From contig JACDEA010000002.1 in the NCBI GenBank assembly GCA_013816725.1, forward strand, positions 6,486 through 45,575: a stretch of 39,090 nt of DNA, given 5' to 3'. Under the pieces are notes generated by a model. It ran no database searches and was not told the DNA's origin. It saw only the letters and a program-made list of their open reading frames with translations. The number at the start of each line of letters is the position of its first letter. The stretch's first letter is position 1. Positions 1 to 9,852 of the stretch are shown piece after piece. The position numbers were made by a program, and so were the translations under genes. This stretch comes from Actinomycetota bacterium (lineage in GTDB: Bacteria > Actinomycetota > Acidimicrobiia > Acidimicrobiales > JACDEA01).

Positions 1-2096
1 GTCTCCCCGCGCACCACATCGAGTGACACCTCGTCGACGGCCGTCACCCCGCCGAATCGCTTGGAGACCGAGCGGACATCGAGGAGCACCGTTGCTTCGG
101 GGTCGGTCGCAGATCGCTGCACGACGGCGGCCTGAAGTGTGATGTCAGCGGCCGACTCAAGGGCCGAGCCCACCAGCGCGCCACCGTCGTCCACGTCAAC
201 GCCGGCCCGCCGGGCAAGCAGATCGACGAGCCGGTCCCGGACGGGCCGGATGAGCTGGGCGATCCCGCCGGGAAAGTACAAGATGAGCACCAGCCAGCCG
301 AGGGAGCTGGCGGCCAGGCCGGCGCTGTCGAGGGGGACGAAGTGCGGAACCCCGATGATGTAAAGGGCGCCGATGAGCGGTCCGACCAAGATGCCGACGC
401 CACCGATCAAGGTCAGGGCAACGACCGAGATGCTCGCCTCGACCGGGAACGTGCTCGGGGAGATGCGACTCAAACCGTGCCCATACACGGCGCCGCCGAC
501 GCCGGCGAGGAAACCAGCGAGCGCGAACGCCTGGAGCTTGACCGCCGTGGCTGGGACGGTGAACGAGCGGGCGCCGTCCTCGTTGTCGCGAAGAGCACGC
601 AGTCGACGCCCCAGCCCGCTCCGCCAGATGTTGCGCGTGAACCAGAAACCGAACGCGACCACGAAGAGGGAGAAGTAGAAGTAGGCGCGGCCGCCGTCCA
701 GCGCGTGCCCAGCGATGACAGGCCGGCCGGGATCGAGCCCATTGCCGAGCGCCCATGATTGGCCGAACAACGAGTTCTGCGCCACCAAGGCGACGCCGAT
801 CGTCGTGATGGCGAGGAACAGGCCCCGGATACGCAACGCGGGAAGCCCGACGGCCACGGAGGCGACGGCGCCGACGAGGCCGGCGGCGAGGAAGGCCAGC
901 ATGAAGTTGCCGCTCTGGCGGGCCACGAGGGCCGACGCCGTCGCGCCGGCGCCGGCGATGGCGAACTGGCCCAGCGACAGCTGCCCGGCGAGCCCGACGA
1001 TGACGCCGACCGACAGGCCGACGAGGGTGAACGCCGACATCCCGGCGAGGAACACGGCCGACGAGTTGGAGGAAACGGCGCCGGCGCCGATGGCGACCAG
1101 GAAAAGTGCGCCGCCGGTGACGCTGCCGAGGTTGCGGATGGCCCACACGTCGGCCAGCCGCTCCGGCAACGGCGACCATGGGGTCACCGACAGCCATGCC
1201 CCCTTGTCTTCTTTGCGGGCCTGCTGGCGGCGCTGAAGCAGCAACGCCACCAGGATGATCCCCACCAGGACGCCCTCGACCACGCCGCCCTGGTTGTTGT
1301 TCCAGAACAGCTCCTGCTCGATGACACCAACGCCGACACCGGCGACAAAGGCCACGGGCAAACTCGTCATGCGCGCCAGCACGGCCGCGGTGAGCGCCCG
1401 AAGCAACAGGCTCGGCCCCAGCGATGTGTTGGAGACGAAGCCCTCCGTCGGCAAAATGAGGATCGCGGTGAACGCGGACAGCCCGCCGGCGAGGGCCCAG
1501 GCCACGCTCGACATCCGCGACGCCGAGATACCCGACATGCGGGCCATGTCCGGGTTGGCGGCCGAACCGCGGATGGCGAGACCGAACCGGCTGAACCGGA
1601 AGAACGCGGCCAAGCCGATCACGACGATCGGGGCCAGGATCAGTGTGCCGAGGTACGCCGGTGTGATCACCAACGCGCCGAGGCGCACCGTGGGCAACCC
1701 GGCTGGTAACGGGTACAGGTTCACCGCTCGCGCCGAGCTGTTGATGGCGGTGGCGAATGCGAGGATGAACAGGCCGAGACCGAGCGTGGCGATGATGCTC
1801 ATCACGACCGGAGCACGCCGCAGCCGCCTGACAACTACCACCTCCGCCAAAGCTCCGACTCCAGCGGAGATGAGAACGGCTATCGGGAACGCCACCCAGT
1901 ACGGCACGTGCCACTTGAGCACCGCCAGACCCAGCATCACCGCCCCGAAGGCGCCGATCTCACCGTGGGCGAAGTTGATGACCCGGTTCGACCGATAGAC
2001 GAGGATCAGACCGACGGCCAGCAGGCCGTAGGTCATCCCGGTGATGACGCCGAGGACAACAACGGGGGCGGGGAACTCGAACCCGAAGGGGGTCAA
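1..2096 (-). CDS. Fused branched-chain-amino-acid-type ABC transporter permease (LivH-like + LivM-like) running in frame into a LivG-like ATPase; 3' end lies outside the window
   Basis: Hand translation of the minus strand from TTG 2096 (4 nt after the binding-protein stop) gives one open frame down to position 1. It is absent from the ORF track because no stop lies in the window. Sequence runs LTPFGFEFPAPVVVLGVITGMTYGLLAVGLILVYRSNRVINFAHGE (LivH type), then GLAGQLSLGQFAIAGAGA and LPALRIRGLFLAITTIG (LivM type), then VLLDVRSVSKRFGGVTAVDEVSLDVVRGE (LivG N-terminus). No stop separates the modules. The listed 196..1914 ORF is an Arg-rich off-frame artefact. Confidence 0.8.
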   Translation of the reverse strand, partial: MTPFGFEFPAPVVVLGVITGMTYGLLAVGLILVYRSNRVINFAHGEIGAFGAVMLGLAVLKWHVPYWVAFPIAVLISAGVGALAEVVVVRRLRRAPVVMSIIATLGLGLFILAFATAINSSARAVNLYPLPAGLPTVRLGALVITPAYLGTLILAPIVVIGLAAFFRFSRFGLAIRGSAANPDMARMSGISASRMSSVAWALAGGLSAFTAILILPTEGFVSNTSLGPSLLLRALTAAVLARMTSLPVAFVAGVGVGVIEQELFWNNNQGGVVEGVLVGIILVALLLQRRQQARKEDKGAWLSVTPWSPLPERLADVWAIRNLGSVTGGALFLVAIGAGAVSSNSSAVFLAGMSAFTLVGLSVGVIVGLAGQLSLGQFAIAGAGATASALVARQSGNFMLAFLAAGLVGAVASVAVGLPALRIRGLFLAITTIGVALVAQNSLFGQSWALGNGLDPGRPVIAGHALDGGRAYFYFSLFVVAFGFWFTRNIWRSGLGRRLRALRDNEDGARSFTVPATAVKLQAFALAGFLAGVGGAVYGHGLSRISPSTFPVEASISVVALTLIGGVGILVGPLIGALYIIGVPHFVPLDSAGLAASSLGWLVLILYFPGGIAQLIRPVRDRLVDLLARRAGVDVDDGGALVGSALESAADITLQAAVVQRSATDPEATVLLDVRSVSKRFGGVTAVDEVSLDVVRGE

Positions 2097-2100
2097 TTGG

Positions 2101-3642
2101 TTACGGGATCGGGAACTGGCCGCCGGTGTACCGGAAGCACGTGCAACCGTCGACGAAGGTGGCGTCGCGACCGGCGGAGACGCCGTCGTGGTGAGCCCGG
2201 AAGTCAGCGCCGAAGGTGACCGACGTGTCGAATCGCCCTTGCAGCGCCTTGATGCCGGCCAAATAGCTATCGAGACTGATCGCCTTGCCGCCGGCTTCGA
2301 GGGATGCCTTCAATAGCCAGTGGACCTCGCAGTAGATGAGAGCAGTCACCCGGTCGTTCCCGCCAACGAACTTGTAGCCGGCGTCCTTCATGATCTGGAG
2401 GCAGTGTTGTCGGCTGGCCGAACCGGTGTTGTCCGGGTAGTCCTCTATCGATTGGTCGGTCTGGGGGATCCAGCCCACCATCAGCGAGTTGTGGAGCTGC
2501 GCCTTGGGAAGGGCGTTCAGGCGGGCCAGCGTGGTGGCGCCATTGGCGGAGTTCAGCCCATAGCGGGGCCGGTAGCTCGCGCGTTCGGCCCGCTGGGTGA
2601 ACTCGAGCAGGATGCGTCCACCGGCTTCGAGGATGATCACGTGGTCGATGTGCTGCGAGCTGAACTTGAGCACGGCGTTGTTCATCTGGGAGCCGAACGT
2701 CGCCGAGTTGGGCAGCGACGGCGGGAAGATGAACTTCACCACCTCGGGGGCTGGCAGCTTCCGTCGGGCCAGCGCCGGGAGCAGCGAGTCGTTCAGGGCG
2801 CGGTTGAAGTTCGGCGTGTCGTAGGTGAGGACGCCAATCTTCGTGCCGGTCGGGAAGTACGGCGCGAAGTAGTTCTGCACCGCAAGGCCGTCAACGGACT
2901 CGGTGGCGACGCGGTTGAGGTTGAGCGCCGTTTCGTAGAAGTGCGGGTCGCGCTTGTACTCGGCCTCGTCGGACAGGCCGAACCCAGCGCTGAGGCGGGC
3001 GACGCCGCGCTGCTCGAGGCAGTCGCCCAGCGAGTAGGCCGAGGGTCCGAACCCGGCGAACACGCCACCTGGCGTGTCCTTGGTCCAGGCATCGCAGGTC
3101 GCCTGCTCGCTGCTCGCCGGGTCGTCCTGCACCTTGACCTCGTGGTAGGCGGGGAGGACCTTCAGGCCCAGGATTCCGCCGTTCTTGTTCATGTCGTTGA
3201 TGACTGTCTGCTCGAACAGCTTCGGATCGCCGGGGGCCAGGTCGCCGGCGCCGATGGCGGAGAGGGCGGCCGACTGCGCCGCCGCGTCCGCCCATGCCTC
3301 TCCGAGCGTGATCGTGCCGTTCTTGAGGTTGATGCCGTGCGCTGTCCCCCCGATGCTCACGCCAGGCACCGGCGCATTTCCCTTTGCCGGCGCCGCCCCC
3401 GTCTTGGCCCCCGACCCGGAGGTGCGGACGCCCCGCGCCGCGGCCGGAACTGGCTTCCCGCTGGCGTCTGTGACCGGGGTGACGTCGGTCGACGATGTCG
3501 GCGAAGAGTCGGCCGTGAGCCCGTTGAGGCCCTTCTTTGCCGCGCTGTGCTTGTGCGAGGTGGAGCCGCAAGCAGCCAGAATCAGAGCCAGCGCGGTGGC
3601 GACCGCGACTGCGGCGTTCGATGAACGACCTCTTCGGACCAT
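2101..3642 (-). CDS. ABC transporter substrate-binding lipoprotein (type 1 periplasmic-binding-protein fold, Liv-like); ligand unknown
   Basis: ORF 2101..3822. Start moved to ATG 3642, which gives MVRRGRSSNAAVAVATALALILAACGS, a signal peptide plus LAAC lipobox. An S/T/P/A-rich linker follows, then a ~400-aa binding-protein body. The gene sits 4 nt upstream of the permease gene. Confidence 0.7.
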   Translation of the reverse strand: MVRRGRSSNAAVAVATALALILAACGSTSHKHSAAKKGLNGLTADSSPTSSTDVTPVTDASGKPVPAAARGVRTSGSGAKTGAAPAKGNAPVPGVSIGGTAHGINLKNGTITLGEAWADAAAQSAALSAIGAGDLAPGDPKLFEQTVINDMNKNGGILGLKVLPAYHEVKVQDDPASSEQATCDAWTKDTPGGVFAGFGPSAYSLGDCLEQRGVARLSAGFGLSDEAEYKRDPHFYETALNLNRVATESVDGLAVQNYFAPYFPTGTKIGVLTYDTPNFNRALNDSLLPALARRKLPAPEVVKFIFPPSLPNSATFGSQMNNAVLKFSSQHIDHVIILEAGGRILLEFTQRAERASYRPRYGLNSANGATTLARLNALPKAQLHNSLMVGWIPQTDQSIEDYPDNTGSASRQHCLQIMKDAGYKFVGGNDRVTALIYCEVHWLLKASLEAGGKAISLDSYLAGIKALQGRFDTSVTFGADFRAHHDGVSAGRDATFVDGCTCFRYTGGQFPIP

Positions 3643-3781
3643 GACGACCCCCAGTAGTCGAGTGTCCCGTAAGGCTACCGACGCCCGCACGCCGTCTCCT
3701 TGGCCGATGCGACAAATGTGGGACCTACGTTTGGTCAGACGGCCCTGGGAACCGCGCGCAACGGGCCCGTAGCCTGCGGCG

Positions 3782-5284
3782 ATGAGGATCGCCGTGGGTG
3801 GCATCGTCCACGAGACCAACACCTACGCCGTGGCGAGCACCGGCTTGACCGCCATCGACAGTTTCCTTCGACTCACCGGTGATGGGATCGCCGACTTCTT
3901 CACCGGGACGGGCACCGGCATCGGCGGGATCCTCGCCGGTTGCGAGGCCGCCGGCCACGAGCCGGTACTGACGGCCTACGCCGCGGCCGAACCTTCGGGC
4001 ACCATCACGGCCGAGGCTTATGCCGAGGTCAAAGGTGCGCTCATCGAAGCGCTGGTCGCAGCCATGCCCATCGATGCAGTGGCGCTCGAGCTCCACGGTG
4101 CAGGCGTGGCCGAGGGCGTCGATGACGTCGAGGCCGACCTGGGCGCGGCGATCCGACAGGTGGTCGGCGCCGCCGTGCCGGTGGCGGCGGTGCTCGATCT
4201 CCATGGAAACGTGACGCCGGCCATGGCCGAGGTGTTCGACCTGCTGCTTGGCTGCCACCTCTATCCGCACACCGACCTCGACGACCGTGGCCGCGAAGCC
4301 ATCACCCTTCTCGAGGAGGTGCACGCCGGTCGGTTGCGACCGGTGATGCACGTCGAACAGCTGCCCATCCTGCTGCCGACGTCAACGACCGACGGCGATA
4401 GCCCGGCGGCCGCAGCGAACCGCGTCTGCGCCGAGATCGAACTGCCCGACGGCGTAATCGACTGCACGCTCATGCACGGCTTCCCGTTCACCGACATCCC
4501 CGAGGTCGGGACCAGCATCATCGTCATCGCCAACGGAGACCGGGCGCTGGCACGGGGGGCGGCCACGGAGGCGGCGGCCTGGATGTGGGAGCACCGTGAA
4601 GACTTCCGCTGCGAACACGAGACGCCGGAGCTGGCCGTGCGCCGCGCTGCGGCCGCTTCGGCGCGGCCCGTCGTGATCAACGAGACCTCGGACAACCCCG
4701 GCGGGGGCAGCCCAGGAGACGGCACCCACCTGCTGCGGGCCATGATCGAGGCCCGGCTCGAGAACTCCTGCTTCGCGTTCATCTCCGACCCCGAGGTCGT
4801 CGCCGCGGCCATCGCCGCCGGGGTCGGCCGCACCATCGAGGTCAAGCTGGGCGGGAAGCACGACGACCTCCACGGTGCACCGATAGCCGTCAACGCAGTC
4901 GTGCGTTCGATCACCGACGGCCGGTTCATGCTCCAAGCGATGATGCGGGGCTACCAGCTCGACCTCGGACCAACCTGTCGGCTGCAGGTGGAAGGGATCG
5001 ATGTCGTGATCACCTCGAAGCCATGGCAGACGATCGACGCCGAGATCTTCCTCTTCCACGGCATCGACGTGACCCGAGCCAACGTCATCGGCCTGAAGTC
5101 GAGCAACCACTTCCGGGCCGGTTTCCGGGACATCGCCGCCGAGATCATCACCGCCGACAGCCCCGGCCTCACCACCAACCGGGTCGAGGTGTTCGACCAC
5201 ACTCGGGCCAGGCGCCCCCTCTGGCCCATCGATCAGAGCGCTACCTACACGCCCTCACTTGTTGGTCCGGACAACTTCGACTGA
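3782..5284 (+). CDS. M81 family metallopeptidase (MlrC / microcystinase C-like)
   Basis: 500-aa ORF. MRIAVGGIVHETNTY at the N-terminus, LELHGAGV, LDLHGN and the overall length are typical of MlrC N- plus C-domain proteins. Confidence 0.75.
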   Translation: MRIAVGGIVHETNTYAVASTGLTAIDSFLRLTGDGIADFFTGTGTGIGGILAGCEAAGHEPVLTAYAAAEPSGTITAEAYAEVKGALIEALVAAMPIDAVALELHGAGVAEGVDDVEADLGAAIRQVVGAAVPVAAVLDLHGNVTPAMAEVFDLLLGCHLYPHTDLDDRGREAITLLEEVHAGRLRPVMHVEQLPILLPTSTTDGDSPAAAANRVCAEIELPDGVIDCTLMHGFPFTDIPEVGTSIIVIANGDRALARGAATEAAAWMWEHREDFRCEHETPELAVRRAAAASARPVVINETSDNPGGGSPGDGTHLLRAMIEARLENSCFAFISDPEVVAAAIAAGVGRTIEVKLGGKHDDLHGAPIAVNAVVRSITDGRFMLQAMMRGYQLDLGPTCRLQVEGIDVVITSKPWQTIDAEIFLFHGIDVTRANVIGLKSSNHFRAGFRDIAAEIITADSPGLTTNRVEVFDHTRARRPLWPIDQSATYTPSLVGPDNFD

Positions 5285-5368
5285 TCCATTTCGGCCGTTC
5301 GCACGACGCGGCCGCCATCTGGCGCGGCCACACTGGTGGCGCTCGAGGGCGCGACCTGAGGGGTGGGA

Positions 5369-6808
5369 ATGACGAAACTGGTGGCGGGTCTCGACGGGAT
5401 CCGGTCGCGCCTCGAGGCGCTGGTCGCCCAGCACCGCGTGCCTGGCGCGTCGCTGGCCGTGCTCGACGGCGACCAGATCATCGACGTGGCCACCGGCGTG
5501 GCCAACGTGCGCACCGGCGTCGAAGTCGACACCGACACGCTCTTCCAGATCGGGTCGAACACCAAGCTGTACACCGCCACCTTGATCATGCAGCTCGTGG
5601 ACGCGGGCCGGGTCGATCTCGATAGCCCCGTGCGTTCCTACATCGACGACTTCGCAGTCGCCGATAAGGACGCATCGAAGCAGATCACCGTCCGTCAGCT
5701 GCTCGCGCACTCGAGCGGCATGCAAGGCGACTACTTCGAGGACTTCGGGCCGGGCGACGACTGCATCGCCCGGTACGTCGAGTCGCTGTCGACGATCACC
5801 CAGGTCCACCCGCCCGGTGACCGGTTCTCGTACTGCAACACCGGCTTCACCGTGGCCGGACACATCGTGGAGCGGGTCACGACCCGGCCGTTCCACGAGG
5901 TGCTCAAGGAGAGCCTTCTCACGCCGTTGGGTCTGCGATCGACCACCGTGCTTCTTGAAGAGATGGTCGGGTTCCGATACGCGGCCGGCCACGCCGGGGG
6001 CGAGGCCGGTACCCCGCAAGTCGTCCCCGAGATCATCATGTCGAGGTCCAGCGCGCCGGCCGGCAGCCGCACCTCGGCAACGGCCCGCGACGTGCTCGGG
6101 TTCGTGCGAATGCACCTCGACGACGGGCAGGCCGCGGACGGTACTCGGGTGTTATCGGACCGGAGCGTTACTGCGATGCAGCGGCCGCAGCTGGCCATGC
6201 CCGGCTCACCGTCGCCCAACGCCCACATCGGGCTGGGCTGGATCATGGCCGAGTGGGACGGGCAACGGGTGATCGGCCACGGCGGCGGCACCTATGGCCA
6301 GCTTTCGTTCCTCCAGGTGCTGCCCGACCGACGTTTCGCGGTGTGCCTTCTCACCAACTCGACGACCGGCACCGGACTCTGGCGCGACCTCGGCGGCTGG
6401 CTGTTCGACGAACTGGCCGGCGTCACCATGCCCGAGGTGCCAAGACCGCCTGACCCACCGCCGATCCTCGACCTGGCCCACTACGCAGGTCGGTTCGAAC
6501 GGCTCTCGCAGCGGTTCGACCTCGAGGTCGAGGACGAGGAGCTGGTGATGTCAGTGACGCTGACGGGACCGCTGGCCGACAACGTCGACGCACCGTCACA
6601 GCGGCTCCACTTGCGGCCGATCGACGCGGAGCGGTTTGTCGTGAAGATGCCCACGGGCGATGCCATGGTCGCCTTCTCTGACTTCGACGCCAAGGGTCGG
6701 CCGGGCTATCTGTTCATCGGGCGTGCGGCGCCCCGTGTTGCCCGCGTCCCGACAAAGCGCAAGAAAGCTGTGACCACGAAGACGACCAAGAAGACGAGGA
6801 GCCGTTAG
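5369..6808 (+). CDS. Serine hydrolase, beta-lactamase/transpeptidase fold (class C / D-aminopeptidase / MlrB-like), with a Lys/Thr-rich C-terminal tail
   Basis: Motifs SxxK (FQIGSNTK), YxN (SYCNTG) and HxG (IGHGGG), plus an extra ~100-aa C-terminal domain. ATG 5369 is preferred over GTG 5363 because a GAGGGG sits 9-14 nt upstream. Confidence 0.8.
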   Translation: MTKLVAGLDGIRSRLEALVAQHRVPGASLAVLDGDQIIDVATGVANVRTGVEVDTDTLFQIGSNTKLYTATLIMQLVDAGRVDLDSPVRSYIDDFAVADKDASKQITVRQLLAHSSGMQGDYFEDFGPGDDCIARYVESLSTITQVHPPGDRFSYCNTGFTVAGHIVERVTTRPFHEVLKESLLTPLGLRSTTVLLEEMVGFRYAAGHAGGEAGTPQVVPEIIMSRSSAPAGSRTSATARDVLGFVRMHLDDGQAADGTRVLSDRSVTAMQRPQLAMPGSPSPNAHIGLGWIMAEWDGQRVIGHGGGTYGQLSFLQVLPDRRFAVCLLTNSTTGTGLWRDLGGWLFDELAGVTMPEVPRPPDPPPILDLAHYAGRFERLSQRFDLEVEDEELVMSVTLTGPLADNVDAPSQRLHLRPIDAERFVVKMPTGDAMVAFSDFDAKGRPGYLFIGRAAPRVARVPTKRKKAVTTKTTKKTRSR

Positions 6809-8191
6809 ATGGCAGATTTGCAGTCGTACGCGAGCCGCTTCCAAGCGCGGCTCGACGAGCTCACCGTCGAGCACAAGGTGCCCGGCGCAACGGTCGGCAT
6901 CGTGCTGGGCGACGAGACCCTCGAGCTGGCCACCGGGGTCGTGAACGTCAACACCGGAATCCAGACGACAACCGACACCTTGTTCCAGATCGGATCGATC
7001 ACGAAGACCTACACCGCCACGCTCGTCATGCAGCTGGTGGACGAAGGCAAGGTCGACCTCGACGAGCCGGTCGGCAGCTACCTGCCTGAGCTGGCGTTGA
7101 GCGACGCGGAGAGCCAGAAGACCATCACCGTCCGCCACCTCCTCGCCCACACCAGCGGCATGGACGGCGACCTCATGGAGGACTTCGGTCGCGGCGACGA
7201 CTGCATCGAGAAGTACGTGGCCAGCTTCCCGACCTTGGCCCAGATGTCGCCGCCCGGCACCTTCTTCTCCTATTGCAACAGCGGCTATGTGCTCGCCGGC
7301 CGCCTGATCGAGAAGATCGATGGCGTCGGCTTCGACGCGGCGATGAAGACGCGACTCCTCACCCCGATCGGCGCGGTGCGATCCAACACGCTTCCTGAGG
7401 AGGCGATCCTCCACCGCGTCTCTGTCGGTCATCTCTTGTTGCCAGGTGCGGACGAGCCGACGGTGTACCCGCAGTGGGTGCTGCCGCGGGCGCTCGGGCC
7501 GGCCGGGCTGATCAACGCGCCCATCGGGGACCTGTTGGCCTTCGCCCAGCTCCACCTCAACGGTGGAAAGGCGACAGACGGCACGCAGGTGCTCTCGGAT
7601 GACAGCGTGCGCGCCATGCAGCAGGAACAGATCGAGCTCAAAGATCCGTACACCCTCGGTCGAGCCTGGGGACTGGGCTGGATCCTCTATGACTGGGGGA
7701 GCGACGCGGTCATCGGCCACGACGGCGCCACCCTCGGGCAGGGCGGTTACCTCCGGCTCGTACCCGACCGGAAGCTGGCCGTCGGGCTTCTCACCAACGG
7801 GTCTGGCGGCATGGCCGTCTATGAGAAGTTGTTCGCAGAGATCTTCACCGAGCTCGCCGGCATCACCATCCCGGCCAAGCCGGTGCCGGCCGCCGACCAA
7901 TCGTCGATCGACCTTTCCCGCTTCGAGGGCGTCTACGAGCGGCTCGGCGTGCGCATGACGTTCGAGATCGTCGAAGGGAAGCTGCAGGTTGCCATCAAGG
8001 GCACCGACGCGATCGCCGAGAGCGCCCCAGCGACGCCACCCATGCCGCTCGACGCCGTGGATGACACGACGTTCTTGGCCTACGTGGCTGCCGCCGGGAT
8101 CAGCTTGGCCGTCGTGTTCTTCGACTTCGACGCCGACGGCCACCCGGGCTGGGTGCACATGGGCGGGCGGGCCACCAAGCGGGTGGGATAG
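6809..8191 (+). CDS. Serine hydrolase, beta-lactamase fold; tandem paralogue of the previous gene
   Basis: FQIGSITK, SYCNSG and IGHDGA, colinear with the 5369..6808 product. The ATG abuts the previous stop (TAGATG). Confidence 0.8.
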   Translation: MADLQSYASRFQARLDELTVEHKVPGATVGIVLGDETLELATGVVNVNTGIQTTTDTLFQIGSITKTYTATLVMQLVDEGKVDLDEPVGSYLPELALSDAESQKTITVRHLLAHTSGMDGDLMEDFGRGDDCIEKYVASFPTLAQMSPPGTFFSYCNSGYVLAGRLIEKIDGVGFDAAMKTRLLTPIGAVRSNTLPEEAILHRVSVGHLLLPGADEPTVYPQWVLPRALGPAGLINAPIGDLLAFAQLHLNGGKATDGTQVLSDDSVRAMQQEQIELKDPYTLGRAWGLGWILYDWGSDAVIGHDGATLGQGGYLRLVPDRKLAVGLLTNGSGGMAVYEKLFAEIFTELAGITIPAKPVPAADQSSIDLSRFEGVYERLGVRMTFEIVEGKLQVAIKGTDAIAESAPATPPMPLDAVDDTTFLAYVAAAGISLAVVFFDFDADGHPGWVHMGGRATKRVG

Positions 8192-9852
8192 TGGCGCGTC
8201 CGGCGACCGGACGTCGTGCAGTGGCCGAGGCAACCGCGCCACCGGAGCCGCTGGCGACCCTCCGAGGTGTGCTCGACCATCTCAGCCTCGGCGTCATGCA
8301 GGTGGTCGTCGCTCCCCAAGGGCTCGATCTGGCTGTTGGGCAGCCGGTCATCTGCGACGCGTCGGAGGCACTCCGGGCCGACCCTGGCGACATCGTTCTT
8401 GCCGTGGGCGTCGACGGGGAGCGTCAAACCGCCGAGGTGGCTCGCGCTGCAGCGGCCGGCGCCGTCGCGGTGGCCCTCAAGCTGCGCGGCGGGGCCAGCC
8501 CGACGCTCATCGACTGCGGGAACGAATTCGGCATCGCCTTGCTCGGTGTGGCCGACGACATGGCATGGGGGCAGCTGTTCACCCTGCTTCGCACAGCCAG
8601 CTCCGCCACGGGGCGCCACTTCGACTCGGCTGGTGACGTACCGCCTGGCGATCTGTTCGCGCTCGCCAGCGCGGTGGCTCTGATGGTGGGCGGCGCGACG
8701 ACCATCGAGGATCGCCAGTCCAACGTGCTTGCCTACTCGAGCGCTGACGATCCGATCGACCCACCACGCCGGGAGACGATCCTCGGTCGTAAGGTGCCCG
8801 ATCGATGGCTGACTCGGCTGCGGGAGGACGGTGTGTTCCACCGCCTCTGGACCACCGACGAGGTCGTCCACGTCCTATATCCCGACGATGAGTATCGGGC
8901 CCGCCTGGCCATCGGCATCCGCGTTGGGGGCGAGGCACTCGGCTCAATCTGGGTCATCGAGGGCGACCGTCCGTTCGACGCGAGAGCCGAAGAGGCACTG
9001 CGCGAAGCGGCGAGGATCGCCGCCCTCCATCTGATCCGACATACGGCCAGCGAAGGTCTGGAACGCCGGCGTCGCGGCGAGGCGCTTCGCGCTGCTCTCG
9101 AAGGCCAGCTGGCGCCCGGTCTGCTCCCCGAGGCGCTCGACCTTGGTCGCGGGCCGATGGCCGTGATCGCCTTCGAGCTCGCGTCCGGTGGCGACGCTCT
9201 GGTGGCGTTGCAGGCCGAACGCGCCGTCGACATGATCTCCCTCTACTGCCAGTCGTTCCGCCGGCCTGCCGCATGCCTGGCCGTCGGCCGGGCCGTCTAC
9301 TTGCTCGTCGCCGCTCATCCCGCGGCCGCTTCCAGCGATCTCGTCGAACTGGCCGCCGATATCGTCGAGCGCGTGACTCAGGCGCTGCGGGTCACCATGC
9401 GGGCAGCCATCGGCTCATCGGTCAACGATCTCGCGCACCTCCAATCGTCCAGATGGGAGGCCGACCAGGTGCTGCGGATCCTCGCAGCGATGGTCGATCC
9501 GCCAGGGGTTGCCCACGTCGACGAGCTGCGCAGCCGCGTCGTGCTGCAACGGCTCATCGACCTCTCCGTCGGCGACGACCAGGTGCGCACCGGCAAGGTC
9601 GAGGAGTTGGCTCTCCACGACGACGCCCACCACACCGCGTACATCGACACGCTGGGCGCCTACCTCGACGCGTTCGGCGATGTGCGATTGGCCGCTGAGC
9701 GCCTGGAGATCCATCCCAACACGTGCCGCTACCGGGTCCACCGCCTAGTCGAGCTGACGGGTCTCAACCTCGACGACCCAATCGAGCGGCTGGTGGTGCA
9801 CTTTCAGCTCGAGCTGATCAGGCGTGCCTCCACATTGAAGGAGCGGTCATGA
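8191..9852 (+). CDS. PucR family transcriptional regulator
   Basis: 553-aa ORF with a C-terminal PucR-type HTH (LAAERLEIHPNTCRYRVHRLVELTGLNLDDP). The GTG start overlaps the upstream stop (TAGTG) and its own stop overlaps the next start (ATGA). Confidence 0.75.
   Translation: MARPATGRRAVAEATAPPEPLATLRGVLDHLSLGVMQVVVAPQGLDLAVGQPVICDASEALRADPGDIVLAVGVDGERQTAEVARAAAAGAVAVALKLRGGASPTLIDCGNEFGIALLGVADDMAWGQLFTLLRTASSATGRHFDSAGDVPPGDLFALASAVALMVGGATTIEDRQSNVLAYSSADDPIDPPRRETILGRKVPDRWLTRLREDGVFHRLWTTDEVVHVLYPDDEYRARLAIGIRVGGEALGSIWVIEGDRPFDARAEEALREAARIAALHLIRHTASEGLERRRRGEALRAALEGQLAPGLLPEALDLGRGPMAVIAFELASGGDALVALQAERAVDMISLYCQSFRRPAACLAVGRAVYLLVAAHPAAASSDLVELAADIVERVTQALRVTMRAAIGSSVNDLAHLQSSRWEADQVLRILAAMVDPPGVAHVDELRSRVVLQRLIDLSVGDDQVRTGKVEELALHDDAHHTAYIDTLGAYLDAFGDVRLAAERLEIHPNTCRYRVHRLVELTGLNLDDPIERLVVHFQLELIRRASTLKERS

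Noticed and set aside
196-1914. 572-aa minus-strand ORF (and the plus-strand ORFs 759..1709 and 1255..1998) listed in the track
   Set aside because: The products are extremely Arg/Pro/Gly-rich with no motifs, as is typical of off-frame ORFs in high-GC DNA. A different minus-strand frame gives a clean LivH/LivM/LivG sequence across the whole interval.
3643-3822. 60-codon N-terminal extension of the binding-protein ORF (start at 3822)
   Set aside because: The internal ATG 3642 yields a canonical lipoprotein signal peptide, and the extension has no signal-like features.
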